This document shows, piece after piece, positions 13,999-25,178 of a stretch of DNA of 64,000 nucleotides. The notes below the pieces were generated by a model that did not search any database, was not told the DNA's origin, and was given only the letters and a program-made list of their open reading frames with translations. Each line of letters begins with the position of its first letter. The first letter of the stretch is position 1. The DNA lies in contig PDIP01000056.1 of NCBI GenBank assembly GCA_002811645.1, positions 62,001 through 126,000 of the forward strand. Reading direction: 5' to 3'. A program made the translations under genes and the position numbers. This DNA is from Corallochytrium limacisporum Hawaii. Taxonomy: Eukaryota; Protista; Pluriformea.

Positions 13999-16000
13999 CG
14001 ATCCAAGATGGATCAATTCGAAAGAGAAAAAACCGGAACACGCCTTGTGCCCGCGCGGTATCGTCGGAGATAAACCAACGGTACGTTTGATACAGTAATC
14101 GATCAGGGTGGGGATGAAGAGTTGCACTACAACCAGCACCGGGGGACACCACCACCAAAAATTACAGACCGGTTTTGACACCGTCTACGTCATCAAACAA
14201 CAGCAGCTGGTTGAAGGAAACTAAATTCTTTCCAGGCGCCTAGCAAATTCCACAACGCCGGCAGCGCACCAAAACACTCCTTCCCGTGAATTCTTGTTTT
14301 CTAACTTTCTTAGTGACTAGTACGGTGTAAGTTTAGACGCAGTGGGTTAGCAGCAAGACCAAAGAAAAAAAAGGGTCTGTGTACAGTTTGTTTAAGACCT
14401 TACACAGTGGGAGGGAGAGGGAGGGGGGAGGGATCTCCAACTCATTGCCAATGACTGAGTGTAAATTTAGACCGAAACGGATCATTATTGCCATTGGTGA
14501 CACAGAAAAACGAGGAAACAATCGCGCTGTGCAAGAAGGAAGAGAGGAAGTCGTGTTTCGTAGGGCCTCTCTTTGTTGCTTGTCGCTCCCGTATCCCCGC
14601 TTGGGGACAACCCCTCTCGTGCCTGTGGTGTCGAACACGGTTTGCATGTAAACAAGGTAGATGGGTCAGAAACACTTTCTCTTTTTCTTTTTGCACGGAG
14701 ATGGAACGGGAAAATAATTGCCGGCTATGCCTCTGGAAACATTTCTAAACGAATGTTCCTTGTGGTTCTCTGCTCTTATGGCGAATTCGGCAGTAGAACA
14801 AACCCGGTCCTTCCCCCCTCCCCCCCAACCCCCAGCTCAGCGCAAACAGAAAGAATTCGTTGTGTTCAACCACCCCCACCAGTAAGGCGACAAAATCGGA
14901 GTGTGGGTGGCTGAGGGACATGCACACACTTGAAAGAAACACTTTGAGGAAGCCAGAACTACGAAACAGGCATTTCTGGAACGACGAGATGACCGCTGCA
15001 GAACCGATTCATTCTCAAGAGACCAGAGACAAACTGTGTCAACAGTCAGGGCAACAGAGTTGGTTCTGTTTCAGGGCGGGCAATGTTCGCACTGAAAGTT
15101 TCACCAAACGTCAGCCGCTGTTATTTTGAGCACGGGAAAAGGGAGAGGGTTAAATTCGGAACTGAATAAGCAACAAGAGAATTTTTCACCCTGACTCATG
15201 AAGCGCGCCCTCAACAAATCGCCGGCGTCTCTACCGTGCCCAACCTACAAAACTATCGATCCTATGAGGCAAGTCACTACTCTGACGGCTTGTCAGTGTG
15301 GCTTGAAATCAATTTAAACGCCGACTGGGACCGGCCGGCATTTTTATGTCCCCGGCACCAAGTGGGTGGGGGAGGGGGGAAGGGGGAGGGGGGCGAGGGT
15401 TGGGCAGGGACGCTCTCACAGTCTCCCGATCCTTCGACTCAGAAATCCACAGATCTTCCACACCTGAATCCCCTTCCCGTACCGGAAAGCCGGCCCGGTC
15501 AAGCAAAGGCCACGAACAACCGTGGCAGGGATGCAACGAGCATAAAGTGGACGACACGATTGAGGCCCCGCTTAATTCTCTCTCAGATTGGGAGAGAGAG
15601 CCCAAAAGAACCTGCCCCACTCACCACCCCCTTTCTTCCGGGGCAAGAAAAGGGGGCCGATTTCTTAATTTGGTATTATTGATCATAATTGCGAAGAATC
15701 GGATCATTTGAAATTTTATGATTCAATAGATCTACATTGATTGCTCTCTCCATGGTCTTGTGGAGGCTCAGAAGAGGGTGGGTGCGAGTGCGGGGGGCAG
15801 ACCGCCATGCCTTATTGGGGACCCAGGTACCAAAGGGATCATTCGTTACTTATTTCTAACGATACAGATTGCCGGTCCCTATCCATTCCATAGTTCGTAG
15901 AAAATACCATAAACAAGATGAGGTGAGCGCCTTAAATCCGGACCAACTACGCACTTCGTGTAGGATGCAGATTTTGTGCGGGTTGATCACATGACGGGAG

Positions 16001-19000
16001 ATGGCAAAGCAGACTTGCGTACGGAAACACGCCCACTTCAGGGCTGTGATACCGGGATGGGAGTTGCCGAATGCACTACAGGTGGACATCAGCACAGATA
16101 AGGAGGCTGCAAGGATGCTTACCCACTATCTTTCTAGTACAAACACTGAAGACGACATGGCGCACTTGTTCCTGGCATGCCAGTCCCTCCAGTTAAAACG
16201 ACAGGTGCTCAGAGCTTTGCAGAAAAAGGGTGACGCTGGTACCATTGAAAATTTCTTGGACACAATTATATTGTATCTGCAAACAGAAACATCTTCCATG
16301 GATCAGTTCCATGTCACACAGCGAGCCATCACAGACGAAGGATCACAATGGTTCCCAGCGTATGAGAACGTGGCACTGACGCTCCAGGCATTGGTCACCG
16401 ACAAAGCTCTCGAGCCGGAAATGATCGGACCGTCTCAGACCTCCCATCAACGAGCCGTATCCATCATCCAGACTGTCGATCTCTACCTCATGCACGTGTA
16501 CCGTACGATACGATCACTAGAAAAACCGGGAAGACCGCTATTCCGTCTGCGTGAGTGTGCAATGAGTGCACAGAGGGCCGGGGTGCGCATAATCCAGCGC
16601 ATTCTCGAGGAAGGGAGATTACCTGAAGTTTGTGAAAGAGTGAATTTGTCTTCATCAATCAGATCAGCTCATAGCGATCAGGAGGTGTATGACTTATCAT
16701 GGGCAAGGGGGGCTCAATTGTTTCCGGGACGCGACCTGATGCTCGCGATGAGTGAGTGGATGCATTTGGTATCGTTCGTGCAGTGTGTGTGCCGTGTAAC
16801 CCCTCTCTCGCCGTCACATATTGCTTTTGCGATTTGTCAGCTCAAGAGCTGTTTCGTTCCGTATGATATTGGGAAACAATTCTCCGACATTGCTAAGGAC
16901 CTCCGACCCAGGCTCGCCTTGGGTGCAGGGAGGGCATTCTTGACCGTAGTTACCGTCCAGTCAGACACAGTGTCAGAGCAGGACCAACTGGAGAGCATGA
17001 ACATTCTCGCGGGCATTACGGAAGTATTGATTGGTGAATTGGCAGATGGAATATTCGAGGAAGAATCTTTTGGCTATGCGTACCTCCTTGCCGTGTCCAT
17101 TCGGGACTGGATTGAAACGGTAGTAGATTCCGCCTCACGATTACCGCAAACCAGTATCAAGCACCCGCTGGCCGAAACAGATTTGAGGACGTCGGGGGAG
17201 GTGAAGGGTCTCCTGTTTCGCAGGCTGACAATGTGCATGGCGCGCTATGAGGCTGCTGGCAATGGAGCGGTCCTCGATAGGTTGATGGAAGGCTTCAATT
17301 TGCTATTGTCGTCGACAACAGCTCATTGGTCATCTTCGAAATTTTGGGATGATCTTTTGAGGGACCTAATTCTTGGCCGAAGCTGGCTGGCACGGCGAAA
17401 GTACATCCTGATCAACAGCCTGCTGAAGCGAATGATGATCGACCGCTCTACCAAGGTAGATTGGCCCACATGCATGGCCTTCCTTGATAACGATATTGGT
17501 CGTTCCTTGATGGCGCATTTGAGGGCTACTAGGAATCTCACAGATACGTCACACTTTGCGGTGGAAACCGTTCGCACCCTCACCGAAGGGATCATGGCAG
17601 GGGATGATCCGGAAGAGAACGAAGAGCTGTGGATGTCGCATATCGGAAATGAGCTCCTGCAGTTTATGATGTTTTCCATAGCTGTCGACAGCAATGCAAA
17701 TACACCCGATCTGGAGCGCACCTGGAAGTGCTGGATTGTCCCTGCCATAGCGGTGGCGCCTCAAGTTTTGACAGTTCTGCTCCTCCGCTTGTCTCAGCTT
17801 ACAGACACACAATGCGATGGCCTTTTGCGGACCAAATACTTCCTGCTTTCTGAGGCACTCGCCATCAGAGGAATGTCGACCCTGAATGAGGCCTGGGCCA
17901 GGCTGCCTGCCAATGCTCGGTGCGAGACATATGCGGTGCACTATGAGCAATTGAATCTAGGCGCAAGTGTCACTATGCCTTTCCTAGTAGAGGCTTTAGG
18001 ACATTGGATTGGTCGACGATCAGCCAAGCCCCAACTAGCCTTTACTTCCGACGAACACTTCTCGAACTTTGACGAATTGGAGGTCATGCGCCGTCTACTT
18101 ACGCACAATATGCGCTGTCAACATGCGAGTACGCGTCAAGTTATTCTACATGCTCTAAAGCGCACCTGGCGACGGTGTGTGAACATGAGTGCACCATTGA
18201 CTCCAGGGAAGCTTGACCAAGCACATGAATTTCTGGCCTTCTCCTGCGACGTTATTGAAACTGGACGCTTGGCGGGAGCCTCAATTTATCGCCTGCGTTT
18301 TTGTGTCCACCTGGCTGATGCATTGTCAGAGATCCTTGTGGAGCATCCAGAGATGAGCGTACTTAGGCCATGTATGAAGACTCTGCTAAGGTTTGGCATT
18401 ACCTTGATCAATCATGAGCAGCGTGGAGAAGTGTTGGTGCCGGCAGTGAATGTTGTAATGCGCTTGCTTCCATCCTTAGGGGGGCCTCAAGACTTGGTTG
18501 GTGTGGAACCAATCCGTCGCCCAGACGTGGAACAGGTTTTTGCGATCAAAGCTGCAGTGACCGATGTGGTTGCTGTGAGGCTCATTGCCCACTGGCGTGC
18601 GACCAGCTTGTGCACAGAAGTGGAAGATCCTGCAGTTGATGATTGGGCATTCCTTTGGCCTATACTCGAACGCAACTGCAGGGCATGGACCATATCCCAT
18701 TCCAAACCGGACAGTGGCACAACTCTGCTCCGGGCTTGTCAGGACGGATGGTGTGTGCATGGTTTACTTTTCGCGATCGAGCAGTACTTGGTCCAGAGTG
18801 GTCGACTCCTTGGCAGTACTGTATCGTTTCGGTGGGTCAATTTCCTTGTCAATATTGCGTACGATTTCGTGCACATCCTGACTGGTTCAGACGTGAGGTT
18901 ACAGACAACAAATTCGTCCTTCCGACAAATGAACGAGCATCTCAACGAGTTGGCCACTTCTGCTGAAGACCACGGTGGTACAATGGACGACAGCTTTGAC

Positions 19001-21406
19001 GTGAATGACACGGCAGCCGTATTGCAGTACGTCGGGTGGATGACTGTGGCACGGAGCCTTTCCCTTCTGTCTATGATTGTACGCAGAGGGGCATCGGAAG
19101 TCACAGATGAAGGCAACGTCTTGGCTCTGTTTGTGAATATTCTCTGCCGCTGCCGCCACAAGGGTGTCATCGAAGCGGCGCGGACTGGTTTTCGTCCAAT
19201 TGCTCAGGCCCTTTCTCTGCGCTCGGTCACAGAAACACTTACGAGCTTCTGTGACCGCGACATGGCCACCATTGACGCGAACGATACCCTGCGCCGAAGT
19301 GCAGGAGTTCCGTGGATATTTCTCTCCCTGCTCAAACCAGTATGCCGGCAGATTGCCATTGAGGTTAGAACAGGGACTTGTCTGGGCCACGAAGCTCAAT
19401 GTGAGAGCCAGCAGGTTGTGCGGAGAGTCCTTAGCATACTGATTGCACGAGCCAGGGGAGAAGTATGCAAAGCCAATTCTGCCGCTGATGACTACGCTGC
19501 TGTTGTCAAGTCTTTGCAGGTGCATAGCATGAACAGTCTAACTGCCCTGATGAAGGACCCTGAGCTTTTGGAAATTACCCGTCTCTACCTCGACCGCACG
19601 GGGGTGGCTGCATTTGAAGGGCTGGCTGACTCCAATTGGTTGGTCCGCAACGCCAGCCTGCGCCTTTACGGGTCGGTACGGCGGCGCATGTTACAGTGTG
19701 GTGATGGTGATCTGTCTCATGTGAGTCCTTCGGACCTGCAACGTCTCTACCCCTCTACCTTTTCCCTATTTGTTAAGGCCGCGGAAGAGTGCTGCCATTG
19801 GCATAGCACCGGTAAGACGCTCTCGAATGCTCCGTTTGCGGTCAATGGCAAGCTTCGTCTAACCATGGATTTTTTAAGTCAGTGCGGGCCATCGTTTGAC
19901 CGGACATTTTCAGTGTCCATGTCGTTGAGCAAAGCAGCTCAATGGTGCGCTCGCTGTGGCCCTGATCCGAGTTTAAAGCGGGCAGCAGCGATGGCACTGC
20001 AACGGTTACCGATCAACCCTGAGGAAGTGAGCTTGCCCCAATGGCCCAACCTTCAGATGGAACGTGACTTCCACGATGCCGTGCTTGCACTGGACTTCTT
20101 CCAATCCTCGATGCCGGACAGGTTGGAGGAAGTAAGGACTACACGAGTTGATTTGTGTGAGTCAGGAGCCGAGAAGCAGGACATTGGGTCATTAGAGCAT
20201 GAGGCAGACATGCTCTTTGTCCTCCGGTGGATGTACACGCACACAGACGGAGTCGATTCAGCCCGTGTGAGGGCAGCGTGCGTATCTGCAGTGGAAAAAG
20301 GTCTGCGCCTCGTCGTCGACTTATCATCTGGAACACTGGAGAAAAACAACACCACTGCTCCAGAGCTCTGGCTGGTCTTCAAGCGGGAACTTGTCACCAC
20401 GGCGAACCAACTCTTCCGGACAAGGGGGGGCACTGTCGGCATGCAAATCACCTGGCATCCGTCGTTGGCTTTCTTCCCGGAGCACACAGACCACGAAATT
20501 AGCAAGCCCGCCGTTGTACTGCATACAGCACTGTTGCGGTCCATAGAAGACCGTCTGACTCCACAGGATCTTTCAGAGTTTGCCATGAGTTGGGTCGACG
20601 ATCTCAGTATTCTCAATGGCCCCTCGATCAATGGATCTGTGGAGAGAATGAGAGCTGTCACAGTGTGCGCCCTGGACGACGCGTTTCAACGCCACGGTCT
20701 CTGGTCAATTCTCAAGGAGAAAGTAGGGGAGGCCATGGCGAAACTAGGAGACATTGAGAAGCACGGGAAAGCCATTACACGGTCATTTGTGGCACTAAGT
20801 TCAGCAGTATTGGATATCTGGTGGCAGGTAGATGATTGCCGGGTGCTAGATCCCATAGTTGGCCTGGCTTGTTCCTGGGACAATGCTGAAGACCGGTTGG
20901 TCGCCGCGCGGGCGGTATCTCACTGGTACAAACTCGTGATCAAGCATAATCACTTCAAGCAAGACAGCACTGGTAAAGGCGTTTTCACCAATGGGTTCGT
21001 TGGGTTTGTCATCGCGATGGTACTGTATCTTCTAGAAGACGAGGACGAAATGGTGCGGTCCATGGTGGCAGACAATTGTCCAGACCCCCTTGGATCCGGA
21101 TCGAATCGCATGGCATCCCGACACTTTCCACAGGGCGGCTTTGGCTGTTACGTCATGACTACAATGTCGGTCAGTCATGGCACTACGCCCGAAGTTTATG
21201 ATGCCATCAGGTCAGCCCAAGAACACATACAGGATCGGGTTCGTAAAGAAACGCGGTCGATGGATACGGAGGACCCATTATTCGTTAGACAGGAGGTCAA
21301 CGTATACACAGAGACACCGGAGATCAGATATGCTATGCTAAGGCTTGGCGAGATTGATGAACTCAAAAAGGCCATGAGTCATGCCGTATTGTCCTGCTGC
21401 TTTTAG
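16001..21406 (+). CDS. THADA: THADA/Trm732-family armadillo protein (DUF2428), tRNA 2'-O-methylation cofactor
   Basis: 1801-aa intronless ORF with family motifs CRHKGVIE, RRSAGVPWIFLSLL, VHSMNSL, DSNWLVRNAS. Confidence 0.85.
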   Translation: MAKQTCVRKHAHFRAVIPGWELPNALQVDISTDKEAARMLTHYLSSTNTEDDMAHLFLACQSLQLKRQVLRALQKKGDAGTIENFLDTIILYLQTETSSMDQFHVTQRAITDEGSQWFPAYENVALTLQALVTDKALEPEMIGPSQTSHQRAVSIIQTVDLYLMHVYRTIRSLEKPGRPLFRLRECAMSAQRAGVRIIQRILEEGRLPEVCERVNLSSSIRSAHSDQEVYDLSWARGAQLFPGRDLMLAMSEWMHLVSFVQCVCRVTPLSPSHIAFAICQLKSCFVPYDIGKQFSDIAKDLRPRLALGAGRAFLTVVTVQSDTVSEQDQLESMNILAGITEVLIGELADGIFEEESFGYAYLLAVSIRDWIETVVDSASRLPQTSIKHPLAETDLRTSGEVKGLLFRRLTMCMARYEAAGNGAVLDRLMEGFNLLLSSTTAHWSSSKFWDDLLRDLILGRSWLARRKYILINSLLKRMMIDRSTKVDWPTCMAFLDNDIGRSLMAHLRATRNLTDTSHFAVETVRTLTEGIMAGDDPEENEELWMSHIGNELLQFMMFSIAVDSNANTPDLERTWKCWIVPAIAVAPQVLTVLLLRLSQLTDTQCDGLLRTKYFLLSEALAIRGMSTLNEAWARLPANARCETYAVHYEQLNLGASVTMPFLVEALGHWIGRRSAKPQLAFTSDEHFSNFDELEVMRRLLTHNMRCQHASTRQVILHALKRTWRRCVNMSAPLTPGKLDQAHEFLAFSCDVIETGRLAGASIYRLRFCVHLADALSEILVEHPEMSVLRPCMKTLLRFGITLINHEQRGEVLVPAVNVVMRLLPSLGGPQDLVGVEPIRRPDVEQVFAIKAAVTDVVAVRLIAHWRATSLCTEVEDPAVDDWAFLWPILERNCRAWTISHSKPDSGTTLLRACQDGWCVHGLLFAIEQYLVQSGRLLGSTVSFRWVNFLVNIAYDFVHILTGSDVRLQTTNSSFRQMNEHLNELATSAEDHGGTMDDSFDVNDTAAVLQYVGWMTVARSLSLLSMIVRRGASEVTDEGNVLALFVNILCRCRHKGVIEAARTGFRPIAQALSLRSVTETLTSFCDRDMATIDANDTLRRSAGVPWIFLSLLKPVCRQIAIEVRTGTCLGHEAQCESQQVVRRVLSILIARARGEVCKANSAADDYAAVVKSLQVHSMNSLTALMKDPELLEITRLYLDRTGVAAFEGLADSNWLVRNASLRLYGSVRRRMLQCGDGDLSHVSPSDLQRLYPSTFSLFVKAAEECCHWHSTGKTLSNAPFAVNGKLRLTMDFLSQCGPSFDRTFSVSMSLSKAAQWCARCGPDPSLKRAAAMALQRLPINPEEVSLPQWPNLQMERDFHDAVLALDFFQSSMPDRLEEVRTTRVDLCESGAEKQDIGSLEHEADMLFVLRWMYTHTDGVDSARVRAACVSAVEKGLRLVVDLSSGTLEKNNTTAPELWLVFKRELVTTANQLFRTRGGTVGMQITWHPSLAFFPEHTDHEISKPAVVLHTALLRSIEDRLTPQDLSEFAMSWVDDLSILNGPSINGSVERMRAVTVCALDDAFQRHGLWSILKEKVGEAMAKLGDIEKHGKAITRSFVALSSAVLDIWWQVDDCRVLDPIVGLACSWDNAEDRLVAARAVSHWYKLVIKHNHFKQDSTGKGVFTNGFVGFVIAMVLYLLEDEDEMVRSMVADNCPDPLGSGSNRMASRHFPQGGFGCYVMTTMSVSHGTTPEVYDAIRSAQEHIQDRVRKETRSMDTEDPLFVRQEVNVYTETPEIRYAMLRLGEIDELKKAMSHAVLSCCF

Positions 21407-21493
21407 TGTCTGCAATTAAATGAAAATCTTGTTCAATGGATTACTTTTATTGTACATGTATGCGGGCGATTGCTGAGCTGGACGTGCAGTGTC

Positions 21494-23116
21494 TTACTTT
21501 TCCAAATTGTCGCAGCGAATGCTGTATGCCACCATATCAGAGAAATACAGTGGTTTCTCATTCGGCGGCGCTCTGACCGGCGGTTTGGCCGCCGCTCTTT
21601 CCCTTTCGATCCGCTCCTGTTCCCTTTCGCTTTCCTGAATATCTTTTAGGTCACTCTCCTCAATCATGAGCTCAGTAAACTCCTTTACCGGTGCCAACTC
21701 CTCATCGTTGACAAGGTCAAAGTATTTCATGAAGAGATAGAACCTTTCATACGCTTGATTGACTTGTGCCTGCACACCAAGTTTCAAAATGTCATCAATG
21801 TGATGATAGTACATATGGGCATATATGCGCAAGACGCACTTACAAATCTTCTTGATGACTTTTCTGAATTTCTCCGGATACCTTCCACCGCTTGTGGTTG
21901 GAAACACGCGATCATCACTTATCCTCCTGTCGATTTCATCTACCAGGCAGTTGATGTACGTTCTGGCAGGTGGATACTTGTTGTCCTTGAAGTCCGCGGG
22001 CAATGGTTTGCCGCTGAACCACAAGTACTGAAAATTCTTACCGGCTGTCATCTGAGGACATGACTCCTCCGTGCAGAACTCCATGATGGTGCCGTAAACT
22101 AGATTTACCTCGTTGTAGAATTCCACAATATTCACTGCCATCCAGTCATTCTCATCGCTATCCTCTGGGGGAATGATGGTCGACTGCAGATACCGCATTC
22201 CGTGTGTTTCTTTGTCCTCACTCGTGATCATAGTCTTCAGGATCTGCATTGTTTCCGCTACCTTTTCGTACCGGTTACCATCCTTAAGCTTGAGCGGTCG
22301 AAGGCTTTTGTTGCGATCCAATTTCATTGCCTTCTTGCCACGCCTGCGCGGCCCTTTCTTTCCCGGCGGGCTGCCATCATGGGTCAGGTCGAAGATGCTA
22401 TTGTGTTCTGACGACTTCTGTAGATTTGTTTTTTCTTCCTTTCCCTCAGGTTCTCCTTGGTTCTGTGATTTTTTCTCATCCGCTCCGTCCACAGCCGCGG
22501 GCGCACCCGTACTGGGATAGTCACCTTCAGAGTCGTTCTCACCCTCCATGTTGAAGTCCGCCGTTTGTGAGTACGCCCAGAGCTTCCGTGCAAGCGCATC
22601 GTCGCCGATCTGCGTGAAAATGATCGATTGGTCAGTCATCTTCATTTTTCGTTCCATTGATAGGCTACCATCTAGGATTTGTTCACTCTGTAGAGCCATG
22701 TCCTCGGACAGGCGTTGCATATCCTTCGGTTCAGCCTTGTTGCTTGTTTCGACGTCAGCGCACACTGCCTTAGCAGCGCTAGCCACGGTTGGGTTGACTG
22801 CGTTAGCTGTGAACACCTGCGGTGATTCCGCTTCCACCTTCACGGATAGCATTGGCATAGAGCCATAGGGCGCCTTAAGTGGAGAGACTGATCTAACCCG
22901 AGGGTCATCCAGCTCACAGCTTGTCGATCCCTCCCGGGCACCGTATGGCAGTTTGCTTAAAGACTTTCCCGGTGAACTTACAACGATGCGGTCCCTATTG
23001 TCTACGTTAGCACCGTATGCTCTTCGCTCTGGACTGTCTGTGAACCCATCAATGGACTCTGTTGACTTTGGTACGGTCGCTGAATGACCGCCCAGGCAGC
23101 TTGCTACCTGCCCCAT
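21494..23116 (-). CDS. MOB1/phocein-family kinase activator with ~300-aa N-terminal extension
   Basis: DWMAVNIVEFYNEVNLVYGTIMEFCTEESCPQMTAG...RIYAHMYYHH aligns by eye with MOB1, with the Cys2His2 zinc ligands kept. First ATG is at 23116 (MGQVASC); the track start at 23134 is TTG. Confidence 0.9.
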   Translation of the reverse strand: MGQVASCLGGHSATVPKSTESIDGFTDSPERRAYGANVDNRDRIVVSSPGKSLSKLPYGAREGSTSCELDDPRVRSVSPLKAPYGSMPMLSVKVEAESPQVFTANAVNPTVASAAKAVCADVETSNKAEPKDMQRLSEDMALQSEQILDGSLSMERKMKMTDQSIIFTQIGDDALARKLWAYSQTADFNMEGENDSEGDYPSTGAPAAVDGADEKKSQNQGEPEGKEEKTNLQKSSEHNSIFDLTHDGSPPGKKGPRRRGKKAMKLDRNKSLRPLKLKDGNRYEKVAETMQILKTMITSEDKETHGMRYLQSTIIPPEDSDENDWMAVNIVEFYNEVNLVYGTIMEFCTEESCPQMTAGKNFQYLWFSGKPLPADFKDNKYPPARTYINCLVDEIDRRISDDRVFPTTSGGRYPEKFRKVIKKICKCVLRIYAHMYYHHIDDILKLGVQAQVNQAYERFYLFMKYFDLVNDEELAPVKEFTELMIEESDLKDIQESEREQERIERERAAAKPPVRAPPNEKPLYFSDMVAYSIRCDNLEK

Positions 23117-23213
23117 TTTGGTCGATCTGTACAATTACTCTTGTGCGATGCCTACATATTGTACCAATGAGCAACGCTAAAGGGAACTCAGAACTGTTCT
23201 TCCGCTTCAAACA

Positions 23214-23297
23214 CTGTTTAGGCTAGTCAGTAAGCCTACTCTAGTGTAGTGGTGTAACAAATACCTCAGTTCACTATTGATCATGGTTTAGGCTTAC
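23214..23297 (-). other. Candidate 84-nt spliceosomal intron in the MOB 5' UTR
   Basis: CAA|GTAAGC ... TACTGAC (branch, 23226-23232) ... TAAACAG|. Confidence 0.7.
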
Positions 23298-24419
23298 TTG
23301 TGTCGCACACGGAATAAGAGCTGCAATGTAGTGCAGTGCATTTTCGGTACTTGATGAAACATAGTTTGCTGGTGGGCCTTTAACTCTCATCATTGCATTG
23401 TCACCGTGTATGGGACTGATCGATCAATTACGGCTTCAGATTAACAAACGAGAGACGGCGCTGGTGAAAAAGAGTCCGTTGGTGTCTCCTGCAGGTTTCA
23501 AAACAGCGTAGTCGATCTCCTCCTTTTGCTTCGGATTCTGCTTTGTCCTTCCCCGCTCTGCTGTGGGCCTCCCTCCCTACCCACTGCGGGGTTTGGTTTC
23601 CAGGGAGCCCGCCGATTGGTCGAAAAATCTGTTCCCTACAAACCTCGTACTTTCACTACGCAAGGTGAGGAGGAATTCCCATCACCAACGGCAGCAACGA
23701 GAATGTTTAAGGGTGTTATATTTCCGGACTGTGCGTGCTGCACGAATGTATAGGGCTCTCTCCAAAGGTGTGTTAATTGTGCTTGGTACATGAATCCCTG
23801 CGCGAAGCAGCAACCGTAAAATAGTGGGCGATTTCCCCAAATTGGGGAGGCGGGGCAACCCAACCTGCCTGCTCATCGCCTTCCCCCTTCCTCCCTGATG
23901 TTGCCCCCCCCCCCCTTTTTTCTTTTTCTTCCCCGTTGCAAAAAAACACACACAATTCAAAAACACACAAAATTTTTCGTATCGTTATGAAAAGTTATGC
24001 CTTCTTTTTGTTTCTTTTTTCCTTGTTTTTGATTCCGCAACTTGAGTACTAAAGGTATTGGATTCTTCCTTTCTACAATATGCCTAGTAAGAGTCCACGC
24101 CTATTGTGGACCTATAGTTAACCTACCGGCAACCTGCATGCGGGGGGCCAGTATGGAGTCGCCCTATTGTGGCTCTGTGCACTGTACACTCTGGACCCAC
24201 AGCCCAGCACCAAGTGCGGTTATGTCTCGTAAAGGGGTTCCAAAGTCCTTTCCATATGGTTTTTACATAGCAAACCATGCATTTATAGACGTAGTACTAC
24301 GTTTCCTATCACTGCGGATAAAACGTATTTGGTGATCGCAATCTACTCAAAGGGTGTCTGTGAAAAGGTCTCCAAGTTTCGCAGAATATATTCCGGGACT
24401 CAACTAAACAAATACAAAG

Positions 24420-24842
24420 ATGTCGAAGCGCGGTCGTGGAGGTACTGCTGGCGGTAAGTTCCGCATCTCCCTCGGTCTGCCCGTGGGTGCTGTCATGAAC
24501 TGCGCTGATAACACTGGAGCCAAGAACCTGTATATCATTGCCGTCTTCGGTATTAAGGGCCGTCTGAGCCGTCTGCCGGCTGCTGGACCTGGTGACATGT
24601 TCCTGGGAACCGTAAAGAAGGGTAAGCCTGAGCTGCGTAAGAAGGTCCACCCCGGTGTCGTTATCCGTCAGCGCAAGACTTTCCGCCGTAAGGATGGTGT
24701 CTTCCTGTATTTCGAGGACAATGCTGGCGTTATCGTGAACAACAAGGGTGAGATGAAGGGATCCGCTATCACTGGCCCTGTCGCCAAGGAATGCGCTGAA
24801 CTGTGGCCCCGTATCGCCTCTAATGCTCCTTCCATTGCCTAA
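24420..24842 (+). CDS. RPL23: 60S ribosomal protein L23 (uL14)
   Basis: [38 protein letters not shown]...; strongly biased codon usage. Confidence 0.99.
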   Translation: MSKRGRGGTAGGKFRISLGLPVGAVMNCADNTGAKNLYIIAVFGIKGRLSRLPAAGPGDMFLGTVKKGKPELRKKVHPGVVIRQRKTFRRKDGVFLYFEDNAGVIVNNKGEMKGSAITGPVAKECAELWPRIASNAPSIA

Positions 24843-25178
24843 TTTTGGCCCAACATGATTTTAGCAAACACGAAATCAGATCACAGAACAATTGAGGTTT
24901 CTACTGGAGCCTTACATACGGCATAGTTCACAAACAAGCATATTCGTAGCATATTGTGGGTAGCATAATCAACATGGGTTCTTGCATTCCCCACGAGATG
25001 TGCATATAGCATCACATTGGAGAGTGTACAAGAAGTCTTTGGCTTGACCACAATGCAACATCACATTTCTTCCTTTTTCCTAACCGTACATGATTGACCT
25101 TCGTCATCAACAATTATAATAGTTACATATTCTATGCATAATATTGACAAAATGTGGTGTTTGGGGTTGTATACAACA

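Noticed and set aside
24240-24405. RNase MRP/P P4-like pairing (AAAGTCC / GGGACTCA) and U17/snR30 m1/m2-like words
   Set aside because: Motif order and spacing are wrong, and the 3' part overlaps the RPL23 5' UTR
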